The notes under the pieces: model-generated
Database searches by the model: none
Told to the model about the DNA's origin: nothing
The model's input: only the letters and a program-made list of their open reading frames with translations
Translations under genes and position numbers: made by a program
Shown: piece after piece, positions 18,944 through 30,183 of the stretch
How positions within the stretch are numbered: the first letter of the stretch is position 1
Layout of the letters: every line of letters begins with the position of its first letter
NCBI GenBank assembly: GCA_977020255.1
Contig: CDROCS010000473.1
Coordinates: 682,001-746,000 of the forward strand
Source: Obrimoposthia wandeli
Lineage: Eukaryota
Reading direction: 5' to 3'
Length of the DNA: 64,000 bases

Positions 18944-19252
18944 TTAAACATAAAACAACATATTGGCTTCACTCAAAGTCCAGAGAGGCTGCATTTTCCC
19001 GTCATCAGCAAAATATCCATTGAGACGTATTGAGATATTCCATAGTTCTTCATCTAGAATTGGAGCAATCAAATATCCTTGATCATCTTTAAAATCCAGA
19101 CTGGGATCAGTTTCAAACTGGAAACAATTTCCTTCATATACATAATCAGGAATGTAAAATCCCAAAATATTTTTCAATTGATCAATATCATTTGTTGTTA
19201 AAATTTCGATGAGATATTTATTCTCCACCTTTGATATTTTCACAGGATTCAT
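18944..19252 (-). CDS. Polinton accessory protein, IRLxGY..PxW family member A
   Basis: Intact 102-aa ORF with a near-identical intact copy at 58116-58418; motif WNISIRLNGY...PLW. Confidence 0.7.
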   Translation of the reverse strand: MNPVKISKVENKYLIEILTTNDIDQLKNILGFYIPDYVYEGNCFQFETDPSLDFKDDQGYLIAPILDEELWNISIRLNGYFADDGKMQPLWTLSEANMLFYV

Positions 19253-19474
19253 AACTCATATAATTTGACGCCTCTTTAATATATTACATAGTTTTCCTTT
19301 TGAAATTCTTTCTGGATAATAAAAATTTGCTACACATCTCTTATCCATTCTAAAATAAGGAAACTGATTAAAAAAACAATGTTTATAAAAAAATACATAT
19401 ATTTAAAAAATAAAACTGATTTATTAACTGAAAGAAACATAGTAAACCCGATTACAATTTATTACACGCAAAAG

Positions 19475-19957
19475 TTAAAACATATAAATATGAGCACGTT
19501 CAATTTTCCACATAGGCAACTTTGTCCCCATTTCATCTTTCTTGTAACCATAAAGTCGAATTGTTACAGTCCATTGCTTCTTTTTCGGAAATGCATCAAT
19601 ATCAACATATCTTCCATAGTCATCTAGAAATGCTTCATCAGGTCCTCGGATATAAAATTCGTCCTTATTGAAAGTAAAATTCGGAACTGCCTTTTCAAAT
19701 TTCTGTTTAAGATAATGAAAATCTGGTTTTTGAATATTTGATAGATAGTAGCTGAACTTTCTTCTTTCAATTGTCACAGGATTTACTAAAGCAATCAGTT
19801 GAGCCTTCTTCAAGAATCTGACTTTGTATTTGAAATATTGTTTCACTTCTTCATACATATCCTTATCCGATTCTTCAAACATTTCTATATCTTCGTCATC
19901 GCTTAATACTCGTTGGCTATCATCCATCGTTGATAATTGTCTTTGATATGGATGCAT
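19475..19957 (-). CDS. Polinton accessory protein, IRLxGY..PxW family member B
   Basis: Intact 160-aa ORF with acidic N-terminus; motif WTVTIRLYGY...PMWKI; decayed copy at about 58700-59110. Confidence 0.7.
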   Translation of the reverse strand: MHPYQRQLSTMDDSQRVLSDDEDIEMFEESDKDMYEEVKQYFKYKVRFLKKAQLIALVNPVTIERRKFSYYLSNIQKPDFHYLKQKFEKAVPNFTFNKDEFYIRGPDEAFLDDYGRYVDIDAFPKKKQWTVTIRLYGYKKDEMGTKLPMWKIERAHIYMF

Positions 19958-20201
19958 TTACTATGATTTGTCCTCCAATGACGCATTCTTTTATACTAAT
20001 TTCTAACAAAGATATGAATTGGTTAATATAACTAAAGCATTGAATTTGATTGGACTAAATCCATATTAAAAATCAAATTTGATTGGAAGAAATATATCAT
20101 CCAATTATACTAGGTTTGCAAGATAATTACAAGAAACGTGCAATAAAAAAGCAGGTTCAGACATATATAAAGAAAATTTTACAGAATACCATTTTAGTCT
20201 A

Positions 20202-20698
20202 ATGAAACTTGTAAATATAAATTATAAAGCTAGAACAGAAGATGATGTTTCGTACTTACCATTCAATGAATGGAAGCCGAGACAATATGTGGAAAAGTTT
20301 GACAATTTTATAGTTGTTATTTTTCCTACAGTTAGTTTTTTTTATTTTCATATTGAATTCTTTTAGGAAATTGTCGTGTTATGGGATGCAAAATACCAAT
20401 ACTTGGGTTCAATTTACCATTTGGAATTCGAATCACTGCAATACAATCAATCACGATTTCGGCTAATCTTGGGAAACAGATAAATCTTTTAAAAACTGCA
20501 GAGAAAATGAAAGAAGAATGCATGTTTGAACCAGAAATTTTTCCTGCTCTCAGTTATTTGAAGTTTAAACCGCTATGTGTAAATATATTTTCCAGTGGTA
20601 AAGTTATGATATTGGGATTAAAAAATTTTGATTATCCAGACATTGTTGATTTGATTTTAGAAAATATATCTTATTACACCTTGTTATCTTTTCTATAA
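20202..20698 (+). CDS. Compact TATA-binding-protein-like gene, one mini-intron at about 20331-20366
   Basis: Exon 2 encodes INLLKTAEKMKEECMFEPEIFPALSYLKFKPLCVNIFSSGKVMILGLK, matching TBP repeat 2 (YEPELFPGLIYR...LLIFVSGKIVLTGAK). Exon 1 encodes MKLVNINYKA...KPRQY...VVIFPT, continuing as NCRVMGCK, matching repeat 1. The GTTAGT donor is one base out of frame. Confidence 0.75.
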
Positions 20699-20726
20699 AC
20701 AAACCCGTTTAAACTTATTGTTTCAA

Positions 20727-20933
20727 ATGAATAATACTATAAATAGAGACAATGAAGTGGATCGTCTTGCCGACGAAATATTTTCTGTAAAAATTAGGGG
20801 TAAAGAAATTTTATCAGAATTAAAAAATAATGATATAACAAGAGATAACATTGAAATATTGGTTAGATCACACGTTATTCGAGAATTTATAAATCGTACA
20901 CAAGTAAATAAAATTATAGCCAAATATTCATAA
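20727..20933 (+). CDS. Small hypothetical Polinton protein downstream of the TBP-like gene
   Basis: 68-aa ORF from ATG 20727; the 3' half recurs at about 59153-59260. Confidence 0.45.
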   Translation: MNNTINRDNEVDRLADEIFSVKIRGKEILSELKNNDITRDNIEILVRSHVIREFINRTQVNKIIAKYS

Positions 20934-21032
20934 TTTAATTTTTGTATTTCATCTACAATAGCTCTAACATTGTACATTTCAATAAGGAAACTTCTATGAT
21001 AATATAAACAATATTAAAAAAATGAAAGAGTA

Positions 21033-21210
21033 TATGCAATGGAGCTAAATAATAATGCTGTATAATAATGCTGTGGAAGTGAAAGACACATTTCGTATGT
21101 AAATTGTTGCAAAATGAATCTCTTTTCAATTCTAGTTTCAAAAATATTTATTGGCATCATGGTGGAGGAGGGGAAAGCGGGTTAACCAAAACAGAAGTTT
21201 GCGTACTTTA
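21033..21210 (+). pseudogene. Packaging ATPase N-terminal remnant, joined by deletion to integrase
   Basis: Matches 59362-59473 (IIGPIESGKTHF Walker A) and 62931-63000; homology switches to integrase after cagaagtttgc. Confidence 0.7.
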
Positions 21211-21735
21211 AGAGATCGAATAAAAAAGTATTTCACAAAAGAAGGAAATAAAAAATGGATCCTAGTTTTACCTAAAATAATACATGCATATAATCACTCG
21301 GAACATAGAGGTCTCAAGGGAATGAGACCTGTTGATGTTACTAATAAAAATTTTATGGATATTTGGGTGAACAGGAATAAAAAAGAAAACATTAAAAAAG
21401 CTAAATATAAGAAAAACGAATATGTCCGAATTTCGAAAATTAGCTCTACTCCATTTATTAAAAACTTTGATCAGAATTGGAGCGATGAAATATTTTTTAT
21501 AAGTAAAATTGATCAAAAGAGTAATCCAATAATGTATACTATTAAAGATGCTGACAATAATATCGTTCACGGTAAATTTTACGAGCAAGAACTACAAGTA
21601 ATATCAAATAAACCTAGCGTTTTCCGTATTCAAAAAATATTAAAATCTAAGGGTGCCGGTAAACATAAGCAATACTATGTTAAATGGGATGGTTATTCAG
21701 ATCCAACTTGGATATCAGCATCTAATATAATATGA
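21211..21735 (+). pseudogene. Integrase C-terminal half with chromo-like domain
   Basis: RTLRDRIKKYFT, AYNHSEHRGL, QNWSDEIF, GKFYEQELQ, YYVKWDGYSDPTW. Confidence 0.88.
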
Positions 21736-22781
21736 AGTCTATGTATATGGTTTTACCTAGTAACGGATGTCCGAAGACTCAACCAGATAATTACGCTAGT
21801 AGCTTTATTATCGATTGGGAAAATCCTATAAATCTCCAAGGAGAATGGGAAGCGGCTTTAACAGAATTTTCCTTTTATTATTCTCCAATTACTATCAGAA
21901 AAAACTCACATATTTCGTTTACAAAATAATTTGATCATGAAAAATCAATTGAAGCTGTGATTGGGTTTGATAGTAAAAGAAAATTCTATTACAATTGTAT
22001 AGATAAAGAAGTAAAAGTAATATATAGATTTAAAAATCGACTAAAACATTTTTAAAATCCTTTTCAAATTATATTTGGATCTGATAGAGAAGCTCTTCAA
22101 TTCGGTTTTGACAGTGGACATGTAGAGGTATGAAGAAATCTGATATAGCCTCGTCTAAATCGTTTAAAAATGTTCTTGATAGAGTAACAAAAGTGTTTTT
22201 AGTTGAAACGAGACCAAAGTATGTAGTGGAACTGAAAATTTTTTCAATAGATTATAAATTAGATAGTCAAGTGAATTTCTGTAAATTAATACAGAAGGAA
22301 TGTAGTGAATATTTCGATAAATGTGAAACATTAAAAAAATGGTAAAATAACGTTTACAGTAAAGAGCAATATAATACGAGTATTATTTGATGATAAACTC
22401 GCTAAAAACCTTGGTTTAAACAGTAATACCTTTGAAACCCATACAATAAAAACCATAAAAGCTAAAAATAAGGCAAAACATTTAAATGCTGTTAATCATT
22501 TATATATTTATACTAATTTAATAGAACCAACGCTTGTAGGAGGACAGCGAGTTCCACTTTTGAGAACAATATGGATATCTAAAAATGAAACTAGAGATGG
22601 GGACGCTGTCGGTATGTGTATAGATCAACCAATGTATCTTCCAGTTTCTCTCTTTTCTATAAACAATATTGAAGTAAATATTAGAGATGATTCCGAACAA
22701 CTAATAGATTTCACGTACGGGGCTAAGACAAGTTTAACAATACATTTAAGAAAACAAAATGGCGAATCCAGCAATAATTGA
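21733..22781 (+). pseudogene. Minor capsid (penton-like) protein, frameshifted
   Basis: MYMVLPSNGCP...WENPINLQGEWEAALTEF; IYIYTNLIEPTLVGGQRVPLLRTI...MYLPV. Confidence 0.8.
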
Positions 22782-23130
22782 AGCTTATAGTCAAAGCCAA
22801 CAAGGTGGAGAATTACCATATTTTGTTGGTAAACAATATGGATTTGGCTGGCTTAGAACATTAGGTAGATTTGCCTTTCCTCTTTTAAAGAGACTCGGGC
22901 GATTTATATCAAAATTAGGAAAGGATTACCTTCATCTAAGGACAATAAACTAATACCAACTTTTAAGAAGCATGCGCTTGATGAACTTGATAATGTTTTA
23001 CACGAAGTTGCTAATTTGATAAAAAAACGTAAATCAAATAAAAGCCAAGGAGGTACTGGATTTAAAAGTAAAAAGAAGCAAAAAATCAATATAAACAAAC
23101 GTAAGAAAGTTGAAGGAACAATATTTGCAA
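22759..23130 (+). pseudogene. Basic core-like protein, frameshifted
   Basis: MANPAIIEAYSQSQQGGELPYFVGKQYGFGWLRTLGRFAFPLLK followed by a Lys-rich tail. Confidence 0.7.
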
Positions 23131-23131
23131 A

Positions 23132-24360
23132 ATGAGTTGCGCCAAAACTGAATTGTGTATTTTTGATAAACCACTTCCACAAGTAATTGTAGATAATGCT
23201 TCCTTTGAAGAAATATTTCTAGTTAACTCAGTTTCAGGAACCACTTTAACCGATTTAGAATTTAATATTAATGGTTCCAATAGCGAGTATTTAGATTTGA
23301 ATGATACTTTGCTTTATGTACAAATAAAAGTATTAAATCGGGATGGTACTAATTTAGATGAAAATGCAGATGTAACACCTGTAAATTATCTCTTTAATTA
23401 TTTATTTAGTGATGCCATTGTTACTCTTAATAATGTCAAAATTGAAGGTGGAAATTCTTCCTATGCTCATAAAGCTTTGATTGAAAGTCTTTTGAATTAT
23501 AGTACTGATACTCAAAATACCAATTTGGCAACCATTGGTTATGATAAAACGGTCGCAACTCGCAAAGAATGGATTGCAGGTTCTAAAGCTTACGAAATGT
23601 GTGGGACTTTGAGATTGAATTTCTTTGAACAACCGAAATATTTAATTCCCGGTGTTAATGTACATCTTCGTTTGAAACGTAATAAATGGATTTTTCTTTG
23701 ATAAGCACAGACGTTCTGAAACCCAGACTTGAAATTTTGGATGCAAAATTGTATGTTCGAAGAGTTAAAACCGAACAATCAGTTTTAATGGCACATAATA
23801 TAGGAATGGAAAAAAACAATGCTTGTTATCCTATTAGAGAAACTAAACTTATATCCTATTCTTTAGGTACGGGTACACAAGCTTTTAATAAGGATCAAAC
23901 TTTTGGTGATGTAAGATTACCGAAATTCGTTTTAATTTCTTTTCAAAAAACTGCAAAGTATCTAGGAAATTATACGACAGATGCAACTCAATTTGACAAT
24001 CTTAATGTAGGTTCAGTGACACTTTCACGAAATACTGATTATCGCGAAACATATAAAACAGATTTCAAAGGTAACGCTTATGCTTTGGCTTATACGCAAT
24101 CTATTATTCGAAATTTGGGCCAACTAGATAAAAATATAAACAATGGTATTTCTTTCACTGAGTTTAAAAGCAGCTGCCCGTTCTTCACATTTGTTTTGGC
24201 ACCAGACTTTGATATAAACCAATGCCAACTACCAAAGAATGAAAATTTACTACTAGAAATTAAGTTCAATGCAGCTTTATCACATCATACTTCGGTGCTT
24301 ATTTACGGAGTGTTTGATTCTGAAATACAAATCAATAAAAACAGAACTGTCATATTATAG
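23132..24360 (+). pseudogene. Major capsid protein (double jelly-roll, Polinton type), one frameshift near 23690
   Basis: Overlapping ORFs 23132-23701 and 23686-24360; FFEQPKYLIPGVNVHLRLKR, LEILDAKLYVRRVK, NLLLEIKF motifs. Confidence 0.9.
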
Positions 24361-24399
24361 AATGAAGTAAGACATTTTTTAAATTTATATTTATTAATT

Positions 24400-24750
24400 T
24401 TTATTTAGTTCAGCACAAGTACAAGACTCAGCAGAGAAGGTCTTGGGTCATAAATTCAATGGAGTTTATCCTATTGATATGATTCCATTTTTTTCAATCT
24501 GGAGGATACATTATCAATACTCATACTTCGAATTTACCAGGAGAACATTGGATAGCTATTTATGTTAGAGAGTGGACAATACATGTATTTGATCCACTTG
24601 CAATGTATTATCCACACAAACTTGTTTCAACTATTCAAAAAGGACGAAGAAGAGTATTTTACAACAAGATACAATATCAGGATCCTGCGACGAGAAACTG
24701 TGGACATTTATGTATTTTATGGTTATCGTTGCAAAACGATTAGTGTGTTA
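24400..24750 (+). pseudogene. Adenain-like cysteine protease, disrupted
   Basis: FNGVYPID, YIINTHTSNLPGEHWIAIY, and a Gln/Cys segment (QDPA...CG). Confidence 0.75.
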
Positions 24751-25008
24751 TAAAAATAAATATTTTTAATGTTTTATTTTGAATTATTTTTTTAAAATCC
24801 CTAAAAATATAAGGGTAAAATAATAAAAGACATAAGAAGAAATTTTTTTTAATACATTTAATAAAAACAACATAACAATGAAATCTGTCAGCAAAGATAA
24901 AGTCCATCCTAAAAAATGTTTTGAAATAACAAAAAGTTAGAGTCAAGGTGCCATAGGGATCTAAAATTTTAAAAAACTAATCTAAAAAAATCAAAAAGTG
25001 AAACCCGT

Positions 25009-27410
25009 TTAAATTCGGAAGTGTCCATAAGCCAGGCTAGCGTTCTTTTCTACCAAAAAGCGCTTGTCGTCATTACTACTCAAAGCGATGTTGGTTGATT
25101 TATGGGAATACAGTTGATGGGCTCTTGAAATAAATCTAGTTTGCTCAACGCTTTCAATACACCCAGTATCATAAACTTTCATGTATGCCTCATGTGTAAG
25201 ATTGTTTCTTCCCACAGCCTTTGCTCTCATTGAACATGTATTATTATATGTATGTAAACTGTAGCATTTAGGGCGTAGGAAAATACAATCATCATACGTA
25301 ACCTGTCCCTCGCTTTCATCCTTCAATTTCCCGATAATATTCTTTAAACTCATAGAATGTAGAGGATGATTAGCGGGATATTTATGGGTATCTAATAAGT
25401 TGTCCCTAAACATTGCCGGTAATAATTGATTATCTAAACTAACATTCCTACATTCTAAAAAGAAAGAGTCAGTGTCTCCAGCTGCGATTTTGATCTCACA
25501 ATTGAATTCTCGTCGATATTTCTCTAATTCTACGTATTTAAGCTCGTACATTCTGAGTTTAGAAATGTCTAAAACCGTTTGACCTATATAACTCGGTCAA
25601 TTGAGACAAATACTCTGTTTTCCTAATAACACAGCTACCAAGTAATCTGCAATTGTTGATGCATCTGCTGAAAATAATATATTAAATAATTTCTTTACCT
25701 TTGAATTAGGTGGACATTGATGAACAGGCGCTACTGGAAGATCATCTAATTTATCATGTACATTGGAAGGGATTGTTAAGTCAACCTCAACCAAATAGCC
25801 GACGTCTGATGAAACTGTATCAACAGTAGCCAAATCTGTCATCAACTTATTCAACTCTTCCTCATCATAAACCCACTTAAAGTTGGCATGATGTAGAGGT
25901 TGAGTAAGCGCCCACCTATACAAATTATTTATGTCGATGTACAGAATCTCCGTGGATTGATTTTTGACAACATGATGTTTGTTGACAAAAGTCATTCCAC
26001 CGCGTATACCATAATCATACATTGATACATCGTGGGATCTTGCAGTAACTCGATATTATTTTTAAGAGTTTTTATTGCTGTTGCCCATGAAAGACCAAGT
26101 AAACTAAATAAATGCATGGGATCTAGCCCATCTTCTGCTAAAGACTTTACACGAAAGGACTCAAAAACATCAGCTAAAAGATAAATGTTTAACGTCATAT
26201 AATAAAGCATATATTCAAGAAGATTTCGACAATTATTCACCCAAAATGTACGGGCCTCATTATATTCTTGAAGACTTACACTTTCAAATTCAGTTATGGG
26301 TGGGATTTCTGTAATATTTTTTAAATCTGCAAAGGTTTTTGCAAATTTATACGGAAAAATCCCCTTATCATTAACTGAAGCTGGGAACACTGACTGTGTG
26401 ATTGGCCATGCATTTAGAGATGCCGTTAAAATTTTTAAAGACCCGCTCAAAAACTGCAGAGAATCTATGAATCTTAAACTGCAGAATTCAGTATATGCAG
26501 TTAAAGATAAATATTTCTCTGAAGTCTGAGGTATACAAGAAATTTCCCAAGAGCTTAATGTACTCAACGCATATTTAAGTATATGATGCAAATCATATCC
26601 TTTGAGGTTATGAAACACGATCGGAATTCGTGGTTTTTTAGGGAGACGACGGCCAAGGTTACAAAGGTTGCACGCCGCTCCCAAGTATCGCCCCGTAACA
26701 TGATCGTGATCTCTGACTAACTTAGACTGGGTTCCACACAAATAACATAATCTACAAGAAATAAAATTAAGCCAGTCTATGCCTGTTATGATCATTGCTT
26801 GATGGGCATTGAGATCATACCACGGTTTGACAATTGTTGTTGCTAATTCTTCTAATTTTAACATAAAATCTAAAATACAATTTGGAACGGAAAATTTATG
26901 ATACTGTGTAATATTGAGGCCTAAGAATTGTAGTCCTGCCGAAGCCGGTAGGTGAATACTCTCATACTGGTCGTGCAATGCTAAAATTGACTCAAAATCT
27001 GCATACACCCTGAATTCCACGGGTATGCATTTTGCCCAATCCCTGAGTTTTAAATCCTTATCCTTAGGCATGCTGTATAGCGTATTGTCATCAGGATTCA
27101 GTGAACATAATGTCAGATGTTTGCTGTAAGAGAGCTCGGATCGGAATCCATGCAAACATCTATGACACCACTTACACCTTATCCTAACCGGTAAGGCTCC
27201 ATTATCTAAATTTAGAAGACGATCTAAATTAGGAATTGGAGCATAATGGAATTTTTTATTATGTTCATGCAAAATTAAGTTGACCTGAGTCCCCTCATTT
27301 TTGCTCCTATAAATAACATCTATAAAAGGATTTTTAAAAATTTCTTCATCTGTTACATTAACTGGGATATCAGTATTGTATTTGTTATTATTATTATTAT
27401 TATCAAACAT
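25009..27410 (-). pseudogene. pPolB (family A), 5'-truncated with frameshifts and deletion
   Basis: ORFs 25992-27410, 25597-26022 and 25009-25551: YADFESIL, RDHDH, HNLKGYD, FIDSLQFL, GIRGG, DINNLY, GDTDS, GKLKDE, RPKCYS, DDKR. Confidence 0.93.
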
Positions 27411-28187
27411 TTACTAATGTGAACGCAATCAACCCCCCAAAGGCTCCATATGGGACCTCTTCTACTTTACTTAGGTCCGGGTCTCAATCTTAGTATAGTT
27501 GCTGCTGGTCCTCGGTAGCAGTAACAGTAGCTGCTTGGGATCTCGGTTTCGTCATTGGAACTATGAGTAGGTCCGCGTACTTTTTCAGTACTCTTACGTC
27601 ATCGCCGGGTACAGTTTTGGGCCCCTCGGCAGTCTCGATTGTATTGTGGTCATCTTTTCGCCCATTACCCGTAACCGACCGCCGGTCGGTTATCGGGTTA
27701 CGATTTTTCTTCTTGTTCATGTCGAAGCTCTGAAATCCGATTACTATTATTCAAATTTTTTAACAAACTTGTCTGACCCCTCGGCACACGAATCCTCTTC
27801 CTCTCCCAGATTAGTGCTGTTTTTTGCCATTACAAGTTTGTCGATAATACCAGATAGTATTTTTTGCGCACTCCTCGTTGATATCGTAGTTTAGCAGTAA
27901 CCCAAAAATATCGTCTTGAACCCCCTGCAGGAAGTTATAATTACTCCGTTGTTTACCTGCGCTTCATTATTTTTCATCTTGTCTATGTCAAAGTTTTCAG
28001 ATCTGATTAATTTTATTCAGAATTTTTCAACAATTTTTTTTGTTTTTCTTTGTTTGTTAGATCATTGATAAAAGGTTTATTTTTGGCACACGAATCCGTT
28101 GTTTTCTCTGAAAAGGTGTTGTTGTTGTTTGTTTGTTTGTTGTTGTTGTTGGTTTTGTTTTTTTTGGTTTTTTATCAAGGGCCTTTT

Positions 28188-28478
28188 CTACCTCACGTAG
28201 GTCCAGGTCTCAATCTTCTCCAGTTTTTCGGTTGACAACTTATCCAGGGTCCCAGTTGTATGACTCGAGAACTTAGCCCACGAGGCCGCTGTATGTTCGA
28301 TGGTTTTCAGGGTTAGTCGGATCTTGATATCCTTGATCTCCTTTGCTTTAAAACCAGCATTTGCAAAGATCCGGTTATTGATTTCAGGCCAATGGCGGAG
28401 GGTCCCGATCCTTAGCTCGTAGAGTTGCACGAGTTTTTCTGGGTGGCTGGTCTTTAGGATTTCAACGAGAAAGAACAT
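28188..28478 (-). CDS. Hypothetical Polinton accessory protein
   Basis: 96-aa ORF in the accessory cluster with no recognised motif. Confidence 0.35.
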   Translation of the reverse strand: MFFLVEILKTSHPEKLVQLYELRIGTLRHWPEINNRIFANAGFKAKEIKDIKIRLTLKTIEHTAASWAKFSSHTTGTLDKLSTEKLEKIETWTYVR

Positions 28479-28503
28479 AAAATTTATATACCAATTGCTA
28501 ATT

Positions 28504-28881
28504 TCATGTTTTTAATTTAGGGAAGCCGGTTTGTTTAGTGTATAACTTTGAATCAAGATATGCGCTAGGATTATTTTGAATTGCACCTAATGCTTTATGT
28601 ATTCCTACAAACATATCAAGTATACCATTCCCCTTTTGTACACCTGCAATATAATCCATATTATTTTTCAATTTTATAGAACTAGTATTAACCCCACCAA
28701 ACCATCTACTTAAAATATTATCTATCATAAATTGAATACCTTTACCCTTCATTTTCTTTTTACCCATTCTAGTCTTTTTAGTCTTTATTGATTTAGTAGT
28801 AGTAACATTTTCACTCATTTTCTTATAAAGTATTAAAGTATTATTATTGTTTATAAAGGAGAAGAAAACAAAGATAGACAT
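28504..28881 (-). CDS. Basic protein with adenain-type sites (possible virion protein precursor)
   Basis: Lys-rich N-terminus; MKGKG and QKGNGIL motifs. Confidence 0.5.
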   Translation of the reverse strand: MSIFVFFSFINNNNTLILYKKMSENVTTTKSIKTKKTRMGKKKMKGKGIQFMIDNILSRWFGGVNTSSIKLKNNMDYIAGVQKGNGILDMFVGIHKALGAIQNNPSAYLDSKLYTKQTGFPKLKT

Positions 28882-28889
28882 ATAAAAAT

Positions 28890-29297
28890 TTATTCATAAA
28901 CTCTAAATGCTTCAATTATTTTCCATATAGGTATTATCAATCCAGAGGGCCCGATCTTGTATCCTTGAATTCTGATTTCGAGAATCCATTCTAATCTAGG
29001 AGGAGGTCCATCGAATATTGTTCCATTCTCCTGCTTGAAAGTGGCATTTTGTCCCTTGATTATGAATTTGTTTTCCTGAAGCTCATATTTGATTCCGAAT
29101 TGTATGAAGATAATATTGATTCTCTCTTTATCCACTGAAGTCAAATTTGATACCTGCAAATCAAATCTATTCGGCTCTATGTTGATAGGAAAAATAAAAT
29201 TATAGTTGTGACATTTCTTCAAAAAGTGCATATCATATCCATGGTTTTTGTGCATAGACTGATATAGCTTTTCCAAATTCGGATTCTCGAAATTCAT
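28890..29297 (-). CDS. Polinton accessory protein, IRLxGY..PxW family member C
   Basis: Intact 135-aa ORF; WILEIRIQGY...PIWKI aligns by eye with members A and B. Confidence 0.7.
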   Translation of the reverse strand: MNFENPNLEKLYQSMHKNHGYDMHFLKKCHNYNFIFPINIEPNRFDLQVSNLTSVDKERINIIFIQFGIKYELQENKFIIKGQNATFKQENGTIFDGPPPRLEWILEIRIQGYKIGPSGLIIPIWKIIEAFRVYE

Positions 29298-29364
29298 ATT
29301 TACAATTAAAAGTTTAAATATTCAATTGTTTATCCTTTGAAGCTCGATTCTAATTAGCTGATAA

Positions 29365-29883
29365 TGTTGTTTATATAAATCGCTTCGTTTTAGTCATATC
29401 CTTGAAGGGTCAAAGCCACACCAGTACCGGTTCAAGTGTGATAGTTATACTATTACAATTTTCAAATCTGGTAATTTATTTTACATTTAAGTTTTAATAT
29501 AATTTAGGAACATGTCGAATAATGAAGTGTAAAGCTGCGCTAGATGAAAGAACTCTTCCTTTCAAAATCAAAATCGAGAGAATTCCATCAATCAGTGTCA
29601 GTACTAATTTGAAAAAACCGATAAACCTGAACAAGATGAGTAAGAGTATGGGATTGGAAGCAGTTTACGAACCAGAAATCTTTCCTGGGCTACCATATAT
29701 CAAATACAATCCTCTATGCGTGAACATTTTTGAAAGCGGAAGGTGACGATACTTGGGGTTTAGGCCCTAGAATATGAATATCTTATTGAATGTATTTTAT
29801 TTAATATACATCTTCATACTTGTGTTTTTTCTTTCCTAAACAAAGACATTAAAAAAAGATGCAAAAGTTGCAAAAAGTTGTAA
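29365..29883 (+). pseudogene. Second TBP-like gene, intron 29471-29507, frameshifted near its 3' end
   Basis: Splicing yields KPHQYRFKCDSYTITIFKSG-TCRIMKCK in frame with ...VYEPEIFPGLPYIKYNPLCVNIFESG; a shifted frame continues VTILG. Confidence 0.75.
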
Positions 29884-30183
29884 TGTTACTAAAAATAGAT
29901 TTCTCCTTGTTTTCTGAATTATAAACAATACTCTTATAGCTTTAAATTTGTCAATAAAATGGAGAAACTCGATGAAGCAGCAGCGGAGAAAAATTGAAGA
30001 AATTTTTGAAGATGCTGATAAAGAAGAAAATAGCGATTGGATTTCTTAAATGCTCTGACTTTTATAGAACCCATAATAGCTAATGCTTCCAGTATGGAAA
30101 TGTCTAATATGATCCACCTTTTTGATAGTTTGTTTAGAACTAGATTTAACCAACTTAGTGTGGAAAGATTAAACTAAACCCCG

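Larger units (their letters stand above)
18542..27410 (+). mobile_element. Polinton family A copy 2, from left terminus to 5'-truncated pPolB
   Basis: AGTAG terminus, accessory genes, TBP-like gene, ATPase remnant, INT, penton, core, MCP and protease (+) converging on pPolB (-). Confidence 0.9.

Noticed and set aside
19990-20130. KilA-N-like fragment (ELVNITKALNLIG)
   Set aside because: Too short and interrupted to support a call.
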